DNA of 64,000 nucleotides from NCBI GenBank assembly GCA_947259005.1, contig CAMYKP010000012.1, positions 26,384 through 90,383 of the forward strand, read 5' to 3'. The DNA is from an uncultured Parasphingopyxis sp. (lineage in GTDB: Bacteria > Pseudomonadota > Alphaproteobacteria > Sphingomonadales > Sphingomonadaceae). A program made the position numbers and the translations under genes. Shown piece by piece: positions 39,048 to 48,082 of this stretch. Position 1 is the first letter of the stretch, and every line of letters starts with the position of its first letter. Below the pieces are notes generated by a model. It worked only from the letters and a program-made list of their open reading frames with translations. It searched no databases and had not been told where the DNA came from.

Positions 39048-40748
39048 TCAGACCATATTGTCCGGAACATAGAGGCGCGAACTGCCGAAGCGACGCGCCC
39101 GCCCGCGTTGATAGGGAACCACGAAACCACGCCGCTCTTCCGGCTTGCCAAGGCGATTTTGCTCGGCAAGGCTGCGCCAGTCAGCCAATCCTGACGTACC
39201 GGAAAGTACGCCGTCTGAAAGGCGCGACCACAGCTTGGCTCGGAACGCGGCAATGGCCGCATCCTCCTGAAACCATAAAAAGCCCAGCTCGGTATCCCAA
39301 TCGAAGCTCCGGCCGTTGATATTGGCGGATGACATAAGGCACGCTTGCGTATCGGCGATCAGCAACTTGGCATGAATGTATATGATCCCGGACCCAAAAG
39401 CGGTTCCGCGGCTGTCTGCATAGTCATCCTCGGCATCGTCGGCCGGTTCATCGCGAACCAGCGTAAACAGCCCTACCCTGTCCGGGCCTGCGACTTTGAG
39501 TATACGGCTGAGGGCCCGAGCCTGAAGATATTCGCCATGGCGGTGGGCGGGATTATCCCCGTCACCCAGAAACGCAATTTCCTCCGGCACATTGGCGATC
39601 AGGACTATCACTTCCAGCGCCGGGTTCCGCCGCAAGCTCTCTATCACCCAATCTGCTGCCTCCCGGGAGCGGAAAAACTGCGCCTCGATATACAGCAAAT
39701 TTTCCGCTGACCGGACCAGGTTGCGATGGGCCGTTTTGAGTTCGCAAATGTCGGAAACCGGGCCTAGCGCGAAAATGGACGAAGAATCACGCGACCGCGT
39801 CCGCAGAAGCTGCGTGGTCGCCTTACCCTCGGCTAGCGGCTCACCCGATTCCGGTGCGGCCGCTTCATCAAGCGGGTCGGCTGCGAGAGTGCGCGAAGCA
39901 TCGTTGGTCCATTGAGCGACAATCTCGCGAAAACGGGGCAGCCCAAGGTTCCAGAGCTCGGCGAAATTCCGCGCGGCATCCGACGCCACTGGTCCCTCGA
40001 CAAAGGCGGAGAGATCGTGCCAGGTTTCATCGGCCGGTCTGTCATGCTCGGCATCGTCCCAGCGGCGCTCGTCCAGATCGAGCCCACCGATAAAGGCGGC
40101 ATTCGCGTCGATGATCGCACATTTCTGGTGATAGGTTGCCGGCCACAATCTCGGCGGCGGCCCCGGCTTCCACCCCGCCGGACGATCATCTTTCCAGTGC
40201 AGCCAGCGCCAAAGGCCAGGCCGCACATCAAAAACACTTCGAACATGATCGGACTTGTCCAGAAGACGCCGGATGAGGCTTCGGACACGCTTGCGCAGCG
40301 CAAGCCGCAAGATCTGCCGCCAGAACCAGCCGATTTCTCCCACATGCTGGACAACCATGATCTGCAGCAGGCCTCGTTCCGCATCGGTTAGCGCAGCGCG
40401 CAGTTCCTGTATCTGGTTGAAGCTGCTCCAGGACCCGGCATGCAGATCGTTTGCCATGACGGGTTCGAAATCGGCCAGCAACATCCGGACCTCGACCCCG
40501 CGTTTGGCCGTATCAAGTATAAGTTCTGCCCAGTCATCGAGCCCCTTTTCGCGCGCGGCATCGGATCGCAATTTCGTCGAAGGGTCGAAGATCCGGAACG
40601 CAAGCCAGACGCTGCGCTCCGCCATGAGCATCTGTTCTTCGAGCCTTGGATACATTTCCGCTGAATCGATCAGCGGTTTCACCCGGCACCCCTTGCGAAC
40701 CGGAAAGCCCCCGCCTTCCTCGTCGAGGAAGAGCGTATCGAGGTTCAA
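39048..40748 (-). CDS. Phospholipase D superfamily protein
   Basis: Two HKD motifs, YHQKCAIID and IHAKLLIAD..SAN.N.RS..D.E; WHD; TTG start overlapping the tatC stop. Confidence 0.88.
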   Translation of the reverse strand: MNLDTLFLDEEGGGFPVRKGCRVKPLIDSAEMYPRLEEQMLMAERSVWLAFRIFDPSTKLRSDAAREKGLDDWAELILDTAKRGVEVRMLLADFEPVMANDLHAGSWSSFNQIQELRAALTDAERGLLQIMVVQHVGEIGWFWRQILRLALRKRVRSLIRRLLDKSDHVRSVFDVRPGLWRWLHWKDDRPAGWKPGPPPRLWPATYHQKCAIIDANAAFIGGLDLDERRWDDAEHDRPADETWHDLSAFVEGPVASDAARNFAELWNLGLPRFREIVAQWTNDASRTLAADPLDEAAAPESGEPLAEGKATTQLLRTRSRDSSSIFALGPVSDICELKTAHRNLVRSAENLLYIEAQFFRSREAADWVIESLRRNPALEVIVLIANVPEEIAFLGDGDNPAHRHGEYLQARALSRILKVAGPDRVGLFTLVRDEPADDAEDDYADSRGTAFGSGIIYIHAKLLIADTQACLMSSANINGRSFDWDTELGFLWFQEDAAIAAFRAKLWSRLSDGVLSGTSGLADWRSLAEQNRLGKPEERRGFVVPYQRGRARRFGSSRLYVPDNMV

Positions 40749-41539
40749 ACCGCTTCATCCTTCTTCTTGCGCTTGTCGGTGAACCAGATAATCACGAGCG
40801 TCATCTCGAAAAGCATTAGCAGCGGAACAGCCAGCATGAGTTGGGTAACCGGATCGGGCGGCGTGAAGATCGCAGCAATGATGAAGACGCCGACAATAAT
40901 ATATTTACGCGCACGGATCAGCTGGGCCCGGCTGACAAGCCCTGCCCTGTTCAGCAGAAGCAACAATACCGGCAGCAAGAATGCCAGGCCGAAAACAATG
41001 ATGAAGCGCATCACAAGCGACAGATATTCGCCAATCGCGGGCAGGGCTTCCTGATCCAGGCCGCTCACTTCTCCTTGGTAATCAAGGAAAAATTCGAACG
41101 CCAAGGGCATGACGACAAAATAGGCCAGCGCTGCGCCAAGCGCGAACAGGACGGGCGTCGCAAACAGGAAGGGCAAAAACGCGCCGCGTTCATTCTTGTA
41201 CAGGCCGGGCGCAACAAACAGCCATATCTGGCAGGCAATAAGCGGAAAAGCGATGACGAAAGCGCCGAATATGCCGACCTTGATCTCCACGAAAAAGGCC
41301 TCGTAGAGCTGCGTATAGATCAACCTGCCCTGCCCCGGCGGAAAGGCTTCCTGCAACGGACGCACAAGAAAGGCGAAAATTTCGGTCGCGAAATAAAAGC
41401 AGAAACCGAACGCGATGATGAAACCCAAAACGCACCATAACAGGCGATTCCGCAATTCGATCAGATGATCGAGCAGCGGCGCCGTGCTGGCATCGACTTC
41501 GTCAATCTCTTCGGGTTCGGTTTGCGGCTCGGCACTCAT
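40745..41539 (-). CDS. tatC: Twin-arginine translocase TatC
   Basis: LLDHLIELRNRL, FVAPGLY..E, TPPD. Confidence 0.96.
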   Translation of the reverse strand: MSAEPQTEPEEIDEVDASTAPLLDHLIELRNRLLWCVLGFIIAFGFCFYFATEIFAFLVRPLQEAFPPGQGRLIYTQLYEAFFVEIKVGIFGAFVIAFPLIACQIWLFVAPGLYKNERGAFLPFLFATPVLFALGAALAYFVVMPLAFEFFLDYQGEVSGLDQEALPAIGEYLSLVMRFIIVFGLAFLLPVLLLLLNRAGLVSRAQLIRARKYIIVGVFIIAAIFTPPDPVTQLMLAVPLLMLFEMTLVIIWFTDKRKKKDEAV

Positions 41540-42006
41540 GATTTGCCCCCGAACAGGTCGATCTGCGAGGAATTCTCATCCTCCTCAGAAGCGGGTTCTG
41601 CCGACGATTGTGGAGCAGGCGCTCCCTCTCTCGAAGATATTTCGCCCGCTTCATCCGTTGCAATCCGCTTCAGCGGCTTCATCTCGCCTTCGGGCGGCGC
41701 GCCCGCTGGCGATCCCTGTTCCCCCGACTGATCGCGGTCTTCCCCGAAAAATTCGGACACATCCTCACCGGGAGGGTGTTTCGCCATGATATCGGCGTTT
41801 CTCTCCGCCCATTCCTTTTCCTGGCCTTCCAGTTCCGCTTCGCGGATCATCGAATCCAGACTGAACCGAAACTGATTGGTAAAGCTGCGCAATTGCCCAA
41901 GGACCCGCCCGACACCTCGCAGGGCAGCAGGCAAGTCTTTTGGTCCGATAACGACAAGCGCCACTATCGCAACAAGCAGGAGTTCGGCTGCACCGATATC
42001 GAACAT
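41536..42006 (-). CDS. tatB: TatB
   Basis: MFDIG..ELL...LVVIGPKDLP. Confidence 0.94.
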   Translation of the reverse strand: MFDIGAAELLLVAIVALVVIGPKDLPAALRGVGRVLGQLRSFTNQFRFSLDSMIREAELEGQEKEWAERNADIMAKHPPGEDVSEFFGEDRDQSGEQGSPAGAPPEGEMKPLKRIATDEAGEISSREGAPAPQSSAEPASEEDENSSQIDLFGGKS

Positions 42007-42071
42007 AGGCGCTTCGCTACCTCAATGGCCGGAATTCACGCAGCCCGACAGGGCATGCGCAAGAGACAGTG

Positions 42072-42323
42072 TCAGCTGGCGCTATCTTCGCGCGTGGCTT
42101 CCACCGTTGTTTCCGAAGCCGGAGCAGCGGGCGGCGAAGATGAGATACGGGGAGTCTCTGACGAAGAAGAGCTCGTGTCACTCTCGTCTGAATCCTTCAG
42201 GCCCCGTTTGAAGCTGGTGATACCCTTGCCGAGATCACCCATCATGCCTGAAATACGGCCACGACCGAACAGTACGATGATAACAACGGCGACAATTGCA
42301 ATCTGCCAAATACCTGGCGACAT
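42072..42323 (-). CDS. tatA: TatA
   Basis: WQIAIV...LFGRGRI..MGDLGKGI.SFK. Confidence 0.93.
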   Translation of the reverse strand: MSPGIWQIAIVAVVIIVLFGRGRISGMMGDLGKGITSFKRGLKDSDESDTSSSSSETPRISSSPPAAPASETTVEATREDSAS

Positions 42324-42349
42324 AATAGTTCTCCTATTTACACGCCTAG

Positions 42350-42928
42350 TTAGTCATCCTGTTCGGCAGATTCCAGCTCAAGCTCTTCGAGCGCGGTATC
42401 CACAGGATCGAGCAGCCCGGCAGCTTTAAGATCGTCAAGGCCGGGTAGGTCGCGCCGAGTCTCTAACCCGAAATGCGAAAGAAAAACAGGGGTTGTTGCA
42501 TAAATTAACGGTCTTCCCGGCGTTTCGCGTCGACCGGCAGGACGAACCCAGCCCGCTTCCATCAGAACATCGAGCGTGCCTTTGGAAATTTGCACACCGC
42601 GAACGGACTCGATTTCGGCGCGGCTGACGGGCTCATGATATGCGATTATCGCGAGTGTTTCGGTCGCAGCACGGCTCAGTTTGCGCGGTTCTTCGCGTTC
42701 CCGGCGCAGGACATGGGCGAGATCGGGGGCAGTCTCGAAGTGCCAGCGCTTGCCGCGCTCGACAAGGCCGATTCCCCGCCCGGCATAATGGCCCAACAAT
42801 TCATCCAGCGCAGCGCGAACATCGATCTCTTCGCCGACAGCCTGCGCGATATCGTTGAACGTCAGCGCCTCTTCCGCTGCGAACAGCGCGGCCTCAACCG
42901 CCCGGACATCGTCTGATATTTCGGTCAT
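42350..42928 (-). CDS. scpB: SMC-Scp subunit ScpB
   Basis: EAALFA, LSRAATETLAIIAY.EPV.R.EIE.VRGV, PGRP. Confidence 0.94.
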   Translation of the reverse strand: MTEISDDVRAVEAALFAAEEALTFNDIAQAVGEEIDVRAALDELLGHYAGRGIGLVERGKRWHFETAPDLAHVLRREREEPRKLSRAATETLAIIAYHEPVSRAEIESVRGVQISKGTLDVLMEAGWVRPAGRRETPGRPLIYATTPVFLSHFGLETRRDLPGLDDLKAAGLLDPVDTALEELELESAEQDD

Positions 42929-43695
42929 TTGCCTGTTCTCACCATAAGGTCGGAGAAATGATCTTCCTGTCGAAGTTCTGCCTTGCCCTGCCGCGCCAGT
43001 TCAAGAGCCGCGACGAAGCTCGATGCAAGCGCGGACTTGCGATAGGCATTGTCGGCGCTGTCGGGGAGGAAACTTTCCAGCGTCGCCCAGTCGACGGACT
43101 CGCCGATCATTCGCTCAAGCCGATCCAGCGCCGCATCAAGCGTCATCACCGGGCGATGGGCGACGATATGAAACGCCGGTTCGGTGCGCGCCCTGAGCTG
43201 CCCATAGGCCAAAATCAGGTCATAGAGCTCGGCCTGCCAGCGGCTTTTCCGGATAACGCGAATGCCTTCCGGTGCGCCGCGCAGGAACACATCGCGGCCG
43301 ATCCGGTCCCGTGCCATCAGCCGCGCTCCGGCCTCCCGCATAGCGTTGAGACGCTGCAATCGAAGCTGGAGCCTGAGCGCCAGTTCCTCGGGGCTCGGAT
43401 CCTCCTGCTCATCCTTGGGCAACAAGAGGCAGGATTTGAGATAGGCGAGCCAGGCGGCCATCACCAGATAATCGGCAGCGATCTCAAGCTTCAGCGCCTT
43501 GGCGTCGGTGATGAAGGTCAGATACTGTTCGACCAGCTCGAGGATCGATATTTCCCTGAGATCGACCTTCTGGGTGCGCGCGAGGCTGAGCAGCAGATCG
43601 AGGGGCCCTTCCCATCCTTCGAGATCGAGGGTCAGCCGCTCGGAAGCTGCTACTTCTGGCGCATCATCGAAAATGTCCTCGCCCGTTTCACTCAT
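42925..43695 (-). CDS. scpA: Segregation/condensation protein ScpA
   Basis: EGPLDLLL, ADYLVMAAWLAYLKS..LLP, F.A.LEL; start MSETG. Confidence 0.93.
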   Translation of the reverse strand: MSETGEDIFDDAPEVAASERLTLDLEGWEGPLDLLLSLARTQKVDLREISILELVEQYLTFITDAKALKLEIAADYLVMAAWLAYLKSCLLLPKDEQEDPSPEELALRLQLRLQRLNAMREAGARLMARDRIGRDVFLRGAPEGIRVIRKSRWQAELYDLILAYGQLRARTEPAFHIVAHRPVMTLDAALDRLERMIGESVDWATLESFLPDSADNAYRKSALASSFVAALELARQGKAELRQEDHFSDLMVRTGK

Positions 43696-44699
43696 GCCAA
43701 CGCCAACAGGCTGTCGCGCTTGTCGATCAGTGCGTCGAGTGCATCTGCCGTCTGGGCAGGCCGGATGCTTTCCATTGCCTGGTCGAGGCGGGCGCGCGAG
43801 GCGGGCGAAATATCGTCCAGCAATGCTACCGTTGCTTTCATCTCGTCCATGCGCGCCCAGCAATTGAGCGCAATATCGCAACCGGCCTCAACCACCGCGA
43901 CGGCCCGGTGCGCGGGATCGCCGTCCAGCGCCTGCATGTCGAGATCGTCGGAGAAAAGCAGCCCGTCAAAACCGATCTCGCCGCGGATGATATCGTTGAT
44001 GATCGTCGGCGACAGGGTTGCGCATCGCTCGCTATCCCATGCCTCGAAGACGATATGCGCAGTCATCGCCATCGTTGCGTTCGAGAGCGATTTGAAGGGC
44101 GCAATATCGATCGCCAGTTCCTCGTCAGAGGCGGTCACGCGCGGCAGGGCCTTGTGCGTATCGACCATCGCGCGGCCATGGCCCGGAATATGTTTGACGA
44201 TGCCCGCCACGCCGGCATCGCCAAGCCCGTCGAGCACGGCACGGCCAAGCGCAGCGACGCGCATCGGCTCAAATCCGAGCGCGCGATCACCGATCACGTC
44301 ATGGGCACCGGGCTGGCGGACATCGAGCAGCGGGAGGCAATCGACGTTTATCCCGCATTCGGCCAGCGTAAGCCCAATTGCATGGGCATTACTGCGCGCG
44401 GCCTCGATCGCCGACATTGGGGCCTTCTCGTAAAGCGCGTCGAACTTTCCCCAAGCCGGAAATTCCGGCCATACAGGCGGTTTCATCCGCGTCACCCGGC
44501 CACCTTCCTGATCGATCAGGATCGGAACATTTTCGCGGCCCGAAACATCGCGCAAATCATCTGTCAGCGCGCGGAGCTGGTCACGATCAACGACATTGCG
44601 GGCGAACAGGATATAGCCCGCCGGATCGCAATCGCGGAACAGCGCGCGTTCTTCGTCATTCAGCGTTTCCGCGGCAATGCCAAAGACTACGGGCTTCAT
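43692..44699 (-). CDS. nagZ: Beta-N-acetylhexosaminidase (GH3)
   Basis: IDQEGGRV, KHIPGHG...DTH, FSDDL.M. Confidence 0.93.
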   Translation of the reverse strand: MKPVVFGIAAETLNDEERALFRDCDPAGYILFARNVVDRDQLRALTDDLRDVSGRENVPILIDQEGGRVTRMKPPVWPEFPAWGKFDALYEKAPMSAIEAARSNAHAIGLTLAECGINVDCLPLLDVRQPGAHDVIGDRALGFEPMRVAALGRAVLDGLGDAGVAGIVKHIPGHGRAMVDTHKALPRVTASDEELAIDIAPFKSLSNATMAMTAHIVFEAWDSERCATLSPTIINDIIRGEIGFDGLLFSDDLDMQALDGDPAHRAVAVVEAGCDIALNCWARMDEMKATVALLDDISPASRARLDQAMESIRPAQTADALDALIDKRDSLLALA

Positions 44700-44746
44700 T
44701 CGGCTCTCTTAGTTGACGGTCTTCTTTACGGCCACAAGGCCTCAAA

Positions 44747-45517
44747 TCAGTTGACCACCACGCTGCACGCTTGCCCGGCATTGCGCAAGCTGGTGCAAAG
44801 CGTCCGGGCCGCTTCCCGAGAGCTTGCAGCGGCGCGAAGACGATAGAGCGTCCGGCCTCCCGCCTGAACCGAGGTGACCGATTTAGTCAATGAATTCAAC
44901 GCACTGTTCTGCGATGTCATTTGCGTCCAGGCGCTGTTGGCAGCCGCCTCGCTGGAAAATGCGCCAAGCTGGATAAGTCGGCCGCTGGCGGCCGTCGCAC
45001 CGCTCGCAGATGCCGATGCATTGCCGCTGGACGTGCGCGGTGCAGACTCGGCCAGTTGCCGGTTGCTGGCCGGAATCCGGGCGCTCGCCGCGCCGTTCGG
45101 CTGGCCATCCGCACCATTGCCCGAATTTTCGCCGGCGGTTGAGGCAACCCGGGTTCCCGAAACCGGTTCTTCCGGCGTTGCGCTCCGGTCAATCCGGCCT
45201 TCAGGGCTACCGCCCTCGCTCGCCGCAAAGGCCGCGTCGCCCTCGCCTTCCACTTCCATGCCGCCAGCCTCGCTGGGCCGGACCCGGTAATCCTCTTCGG
45301 GAGCAGCAATCAGTTCCGCGCCATCGGGCGCAGCGCTATCCTGGCCGCGCAGCCACAATATACCACCAATAACAAGGGCGATTACCACGAGAACGGCAAG
45401 GATGCCGCCGATCAGCGTCAAAAGGCCAACGCCTTCATCCTCATCCTCTTCGACCGCTTCAAGCCAGGGCAAGCGATCTTCCTCGTTGGCGTCCAACGCT
45501 TCCTCGTTACTCATCAC
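44747..45517 (-). CDS. ftsN: Single-TM SPOR domain protein, FtsN-like
   Basis: LPWLE, TM helix, LIAAP..YRVRP..GGM, C-terminal IQLGAF..YRLR SPOR; position between argS and nagZ. Confidence 0.7.
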   Translation of the reverse strand: MMSNEEALDANEEDRLPWLEAVEEDEDEGVGLLTLIGGILAVLVVIALVIGGILWLRGQDSAAPDGAELIAAPEEDYRVRPSEAGGMEVEGEGDAAFAASEGGSPEGRIDRSATPEEPVSGTRVASTAGENSGNGADGQPNGAASARIPASNRQLAESAPRTSSGNASASASGATAASGRLIQLGAFSSEAAANSAWTQMTSQNSALNSLTKSVTSVQAGGRTLYRLRAAASSREAARTLCTSLRNAGQACSVVVN

Positions 45518-47250
45518 TCCATCTCCTCGACGGCCTCAACCCCCATGATCGCCAGGCCATTTCGTATAATTTGCCCGATTCCGCCCGCCAAAGCCAGTCG
45601 CGCACGCGTTAAATCGGCATCATTAACCACCAATAGCCGCTTGTCGGGATTATCATTGCCGCGGTTCCACAGCGCGTGGAACTCGGCCGCAAGATCGAAC
45701 AGGTAAAAGGCGATCCGGTGCGGTTCATAGGCGCCGGCAGCCGCCTCCACGATGCGCGGGAATTGCGCGGCGCGCTTAACCAGCGCCAGTTCCTCGCTAT
45801 CCAGCAGGCCAAGATCCGCCTCGCCGGTGATGTCGACACCCTCGGCCTCAGCCTTGCGATGCACGGACCGGATCCGCGCATGGGCATATTGGACGTAAAA
45901 TACCGGATTATCCTTCGACGCTTCCACCACCTTGGCAAAATCGAAATCCATCTGCGCATCGGCCTTGCGGGTCAGCATGGTGAAGCGCACGACATCCTTG
46001 CCGACTTCCTCGACGACATCGGCCAGCGTCACGAAGCTGCCCGAACGCTTGGACATCTTCACGGGTTCACCATCCCGCAGCAGCCCGACCATCTGGACAA
46101 GCTTGACGTCGAACTCGGTCTTGCCCTCCGTCAGCGCTTCCACGGCCGCCTTGATCCGCTTCACCGTCCCCGAATGATCGGCACCCCAAATGTCGATGAG
46201 GATATCGGCCGTCTGGCTTTTCTGGAAATGATAGGCGAGATCGTTGCCGAAATAGGTCCAGGTCCCATCCGATTTGCGGATCGGTCGATCCTGATCGTCG
46301 CCGAATTCGGTGGATTTGAACAGAGGCAGCTCGACCGGTTCCCAGTCATCAAGCGTCTTGCCCTTGGGCATTTCGAGTTCGCCGTCATAAACGAGCCCGC
46401 GCGCGCGCAGCTCCGCCTCTGCGGCTTGCGGCTTGCCCGCCGCCTGCACATCGGCTTCCGACGCGAATATATCATGGCGAATGCCGAGCAGCGCGAGATC
46501 GGAGCGGATCAGTTCCAGCATCGCCGCAACCGCGCGTTCGCGGAATGGCACCAGCCATTCGCTCTCTCCGGCATTGGCATAGCTATCGCCGAATTCCTCC
46601 GCCAGTGCGGCGCCAATCGGCTTCAGATAGTCGCCTGGATACAGACCTTCGGGAATTTCACCGACATCTTCGCCAACGGCTTCCCGGTACCGAATATGCG
46701 CCGAGCGTGCGAGCGTATCGACCTGCCCGCCTGCATCATTGACGTAATATTCCCGGATAACGTCATAGCCCGAATATTCGAGCAGGTTGGCCAGTGCATC
46801 GCCGACAACCGCGCCGCGGCAATGGCCCATGTGCAAAGGCCCCGTCGGATTGGCTGACACGTATTCGATATTGACCGTCTTGCCCGCACCCATTGCCGAT
46901 TTGCCGTAATCCGCGCCTTCGGCAGCAATCGTGCGCAATTCATCGCGCCACGCATCCTCGTCCAGCCGGATGTTGATGAAGCCGGGCCCGGCAATCTCCG
47001 CGCCGGACACTCCGTCCAGCCGCGCAAGCTTGGGCGCGATCAGCGCCGCCAGTTCGCGCGGATTTTTGCCGGTCGGTTTTGCCAACACCATGGCTACATT
47101 GGTCGCAAGATCTCCATGCGAGGGATCGCGCGGTGGCTCGACAGCCACATTCCTGCGATCGAGCCCGGCGGGAATGTCACCCGCAGCCTCAAGCCGATCG
47201 AGAATCGCGCCGATATGCTCGGCAAACTGGGTGTAGAGGGTCACGTTCAA
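45514..47250 (-). CDS. argS: Arginine--tRNA ligase
   Basis: SANPTGPLHMGH, GADH, KMSKR, YVQYAHAR. Confidence 0.97.
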   Translation of the reverse strand: MNVTLYTQFAEHIGAILDRLEAAGDIPAGLDRRNVAVEPPRDPSHGDLATNVAMVLAKPTGKNPRELAALIAPKLARLDGVSGAEIAGPGFINIRLDEDAWRDELRTIAAEGADYGKSAMGAGKTVNIEYVSANPTGPLHMGHCRGAVVGDALANLLEYSGYDVIREYYVNDAGGQVDTLARSAHIRYREAVGEDVGEIPEGLYPGDYLKPIGAALAEEFGDSYANAGESEWLVPFRERAVAAMLELIRSDLALLGIRHDIFASEADVQAAGKPQAAEAELRARGLVYDGELEMPKGKTLDDWEPVELPLFKSTEFGDDQDRPIRKSDGTWTYFGNDLAYHFQKSQTADILIDIWGADHSGTVKRIKAAVEALTEGKTEFDVKLVQMVGLLRDGEPVKMSKRSGSFVTLADVVEEVGKDVVRFTMLTRKADAQMDFDFAKVVEASKDNPVFYVQYAHARIRSVHRKAEAEGVDITGEADLGLLDSEELALVKRAAQFPRIVEAAAGAYEPHRIAFYLFDLAAEFHALWNRGNDNPDKRLLVVNDADLTRARLALAGGIGQIIRNGLAIMGVEAVEEME

Positions 47251-47330
47251 ATCCGTTCTTCAAACCAAGCCCGGGCGGATAGGCGATATCGCCGGACATT
47301 TGAAGCGCGAAGGACGCGAAACGCGCAGCT

Positions 47331-47612
47331 TCAGTCTGAATCAGGGCGCTGTTTGGAAGGACTGCTATGCTCGACGTCGGAGGGATAACCGAGAGCGGAG
47401 AGCGCAATCAGTATCCGCTGGAGGATATCCTCGCCGCCATTGGTCATGCCCTCTTCCTCGGCGACCTCCATCTCGCGCATGTCATATTCCCACTGCTGCA
47501 GCGCCGAAACCTTCTGTTCCGTGGTCAGTTGCGGGTCCGTCACAATCATATCGGGCGACGAAAAGGCCGCAGCGGGATTGCGTATCGCTTCACCTATGTC
47601 GCTATATGGCAT
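47331..47612 (-). CDS. Small acidic hypothetical protein
   Basis: AGGAGG RBS; P...F..P.....D..L..EQK..AL..W..D.....VA.EEGM pattern; follows the ferritin gene. Confidence 0.65.
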   Translation of the reverse strand: MPYSDIGEAIRNPAAAFSSPDMIVTDPQLTTEQKVSALQQWEYDMREMEVAEEEGMTNGGEDILQRILIALSALGYPSDVEHSSPSKQRPDSD

Positions 47613-47637
47613 GGTCAGGTCCTCCTGAACCTTCGCC

Positions 47638-47943
47638 CTAGCTTGTCGCTACTTCTTCCAGAGCCGCGATATCACCTTCGGTGAACAGATATTCCTTCAG
47701 CTCCTTGGCGAAATCCTCGCTGTTGCGGCGCAGCCATTCGATAATCATCGCCGCATGTTCGATCTCCTCGCGCATATTGTGCATGAGAATGCCCTTGAGC
47801 GCGGCATCTTCGCAATCGTCGGCGCGCTGCTTGTACCAGTCTGCCGCTTCCAGTTCCTCCATCAGCGACACGATCGCGTGATGCATGGCCAGGGTTTCCT
47901 TGGAGAGCTTTTCGCGCGGAGCATGCAATGTGTCGCTGGCCAT
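47638..47943 (-). CDS. Encapsulated-ferritin (EncFtn/Flp)-type ferroxidase lacking a cargo-loading peptide
   Basis: LMEELEAADWY.QR..C.D..LK.IL.HN..EE.EHA.M..EWLRR...L..YLF; GAGGTGA RBS; ends at 101 aa. Confidence 0.88.
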   Translation of the reverse strand: MASDTLHAPREKLSKETLAMHHAIVSLMEELEAADWYKQRADDCEDAALKGILMHNMREEIEHAAMIIEWLRRNSEDFAKELKEYLFTEGDIAALEEVATS

Positions 47944-47954
47944 GATTTCACCTC

Positions 47955-48023
47955 TTCTGTGGTCGCTTGGAATATCATTCTGCGGTCGCTTGGAATATCA
48001 TTCTGCGGTCGCTTGGAATATCA
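47955..48023. repeat. 3 x 23-bp tandem repeat
   Basis: TTCTG(T/C)GGTCGCTTGGAATATCA at 47955, 47978, 48001. Confidence 0.95.
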
Positions 48024-48082
48024 GTTGCACGATATGCCCCGTGATTGCCCGACGCAACAGCGGTTTGGGCGGAGATCCCGCC

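Noticed and set aside
39048-40748. PLD as an anti-phage nuclease
   Set aside because: Two-HKD lipid-type architecture, no helicase or defence partners, housekeeping context
47955-48023. Possible CRISPR array
   Set aside because: Units are contiguous with no spacers, and no cas genes are present
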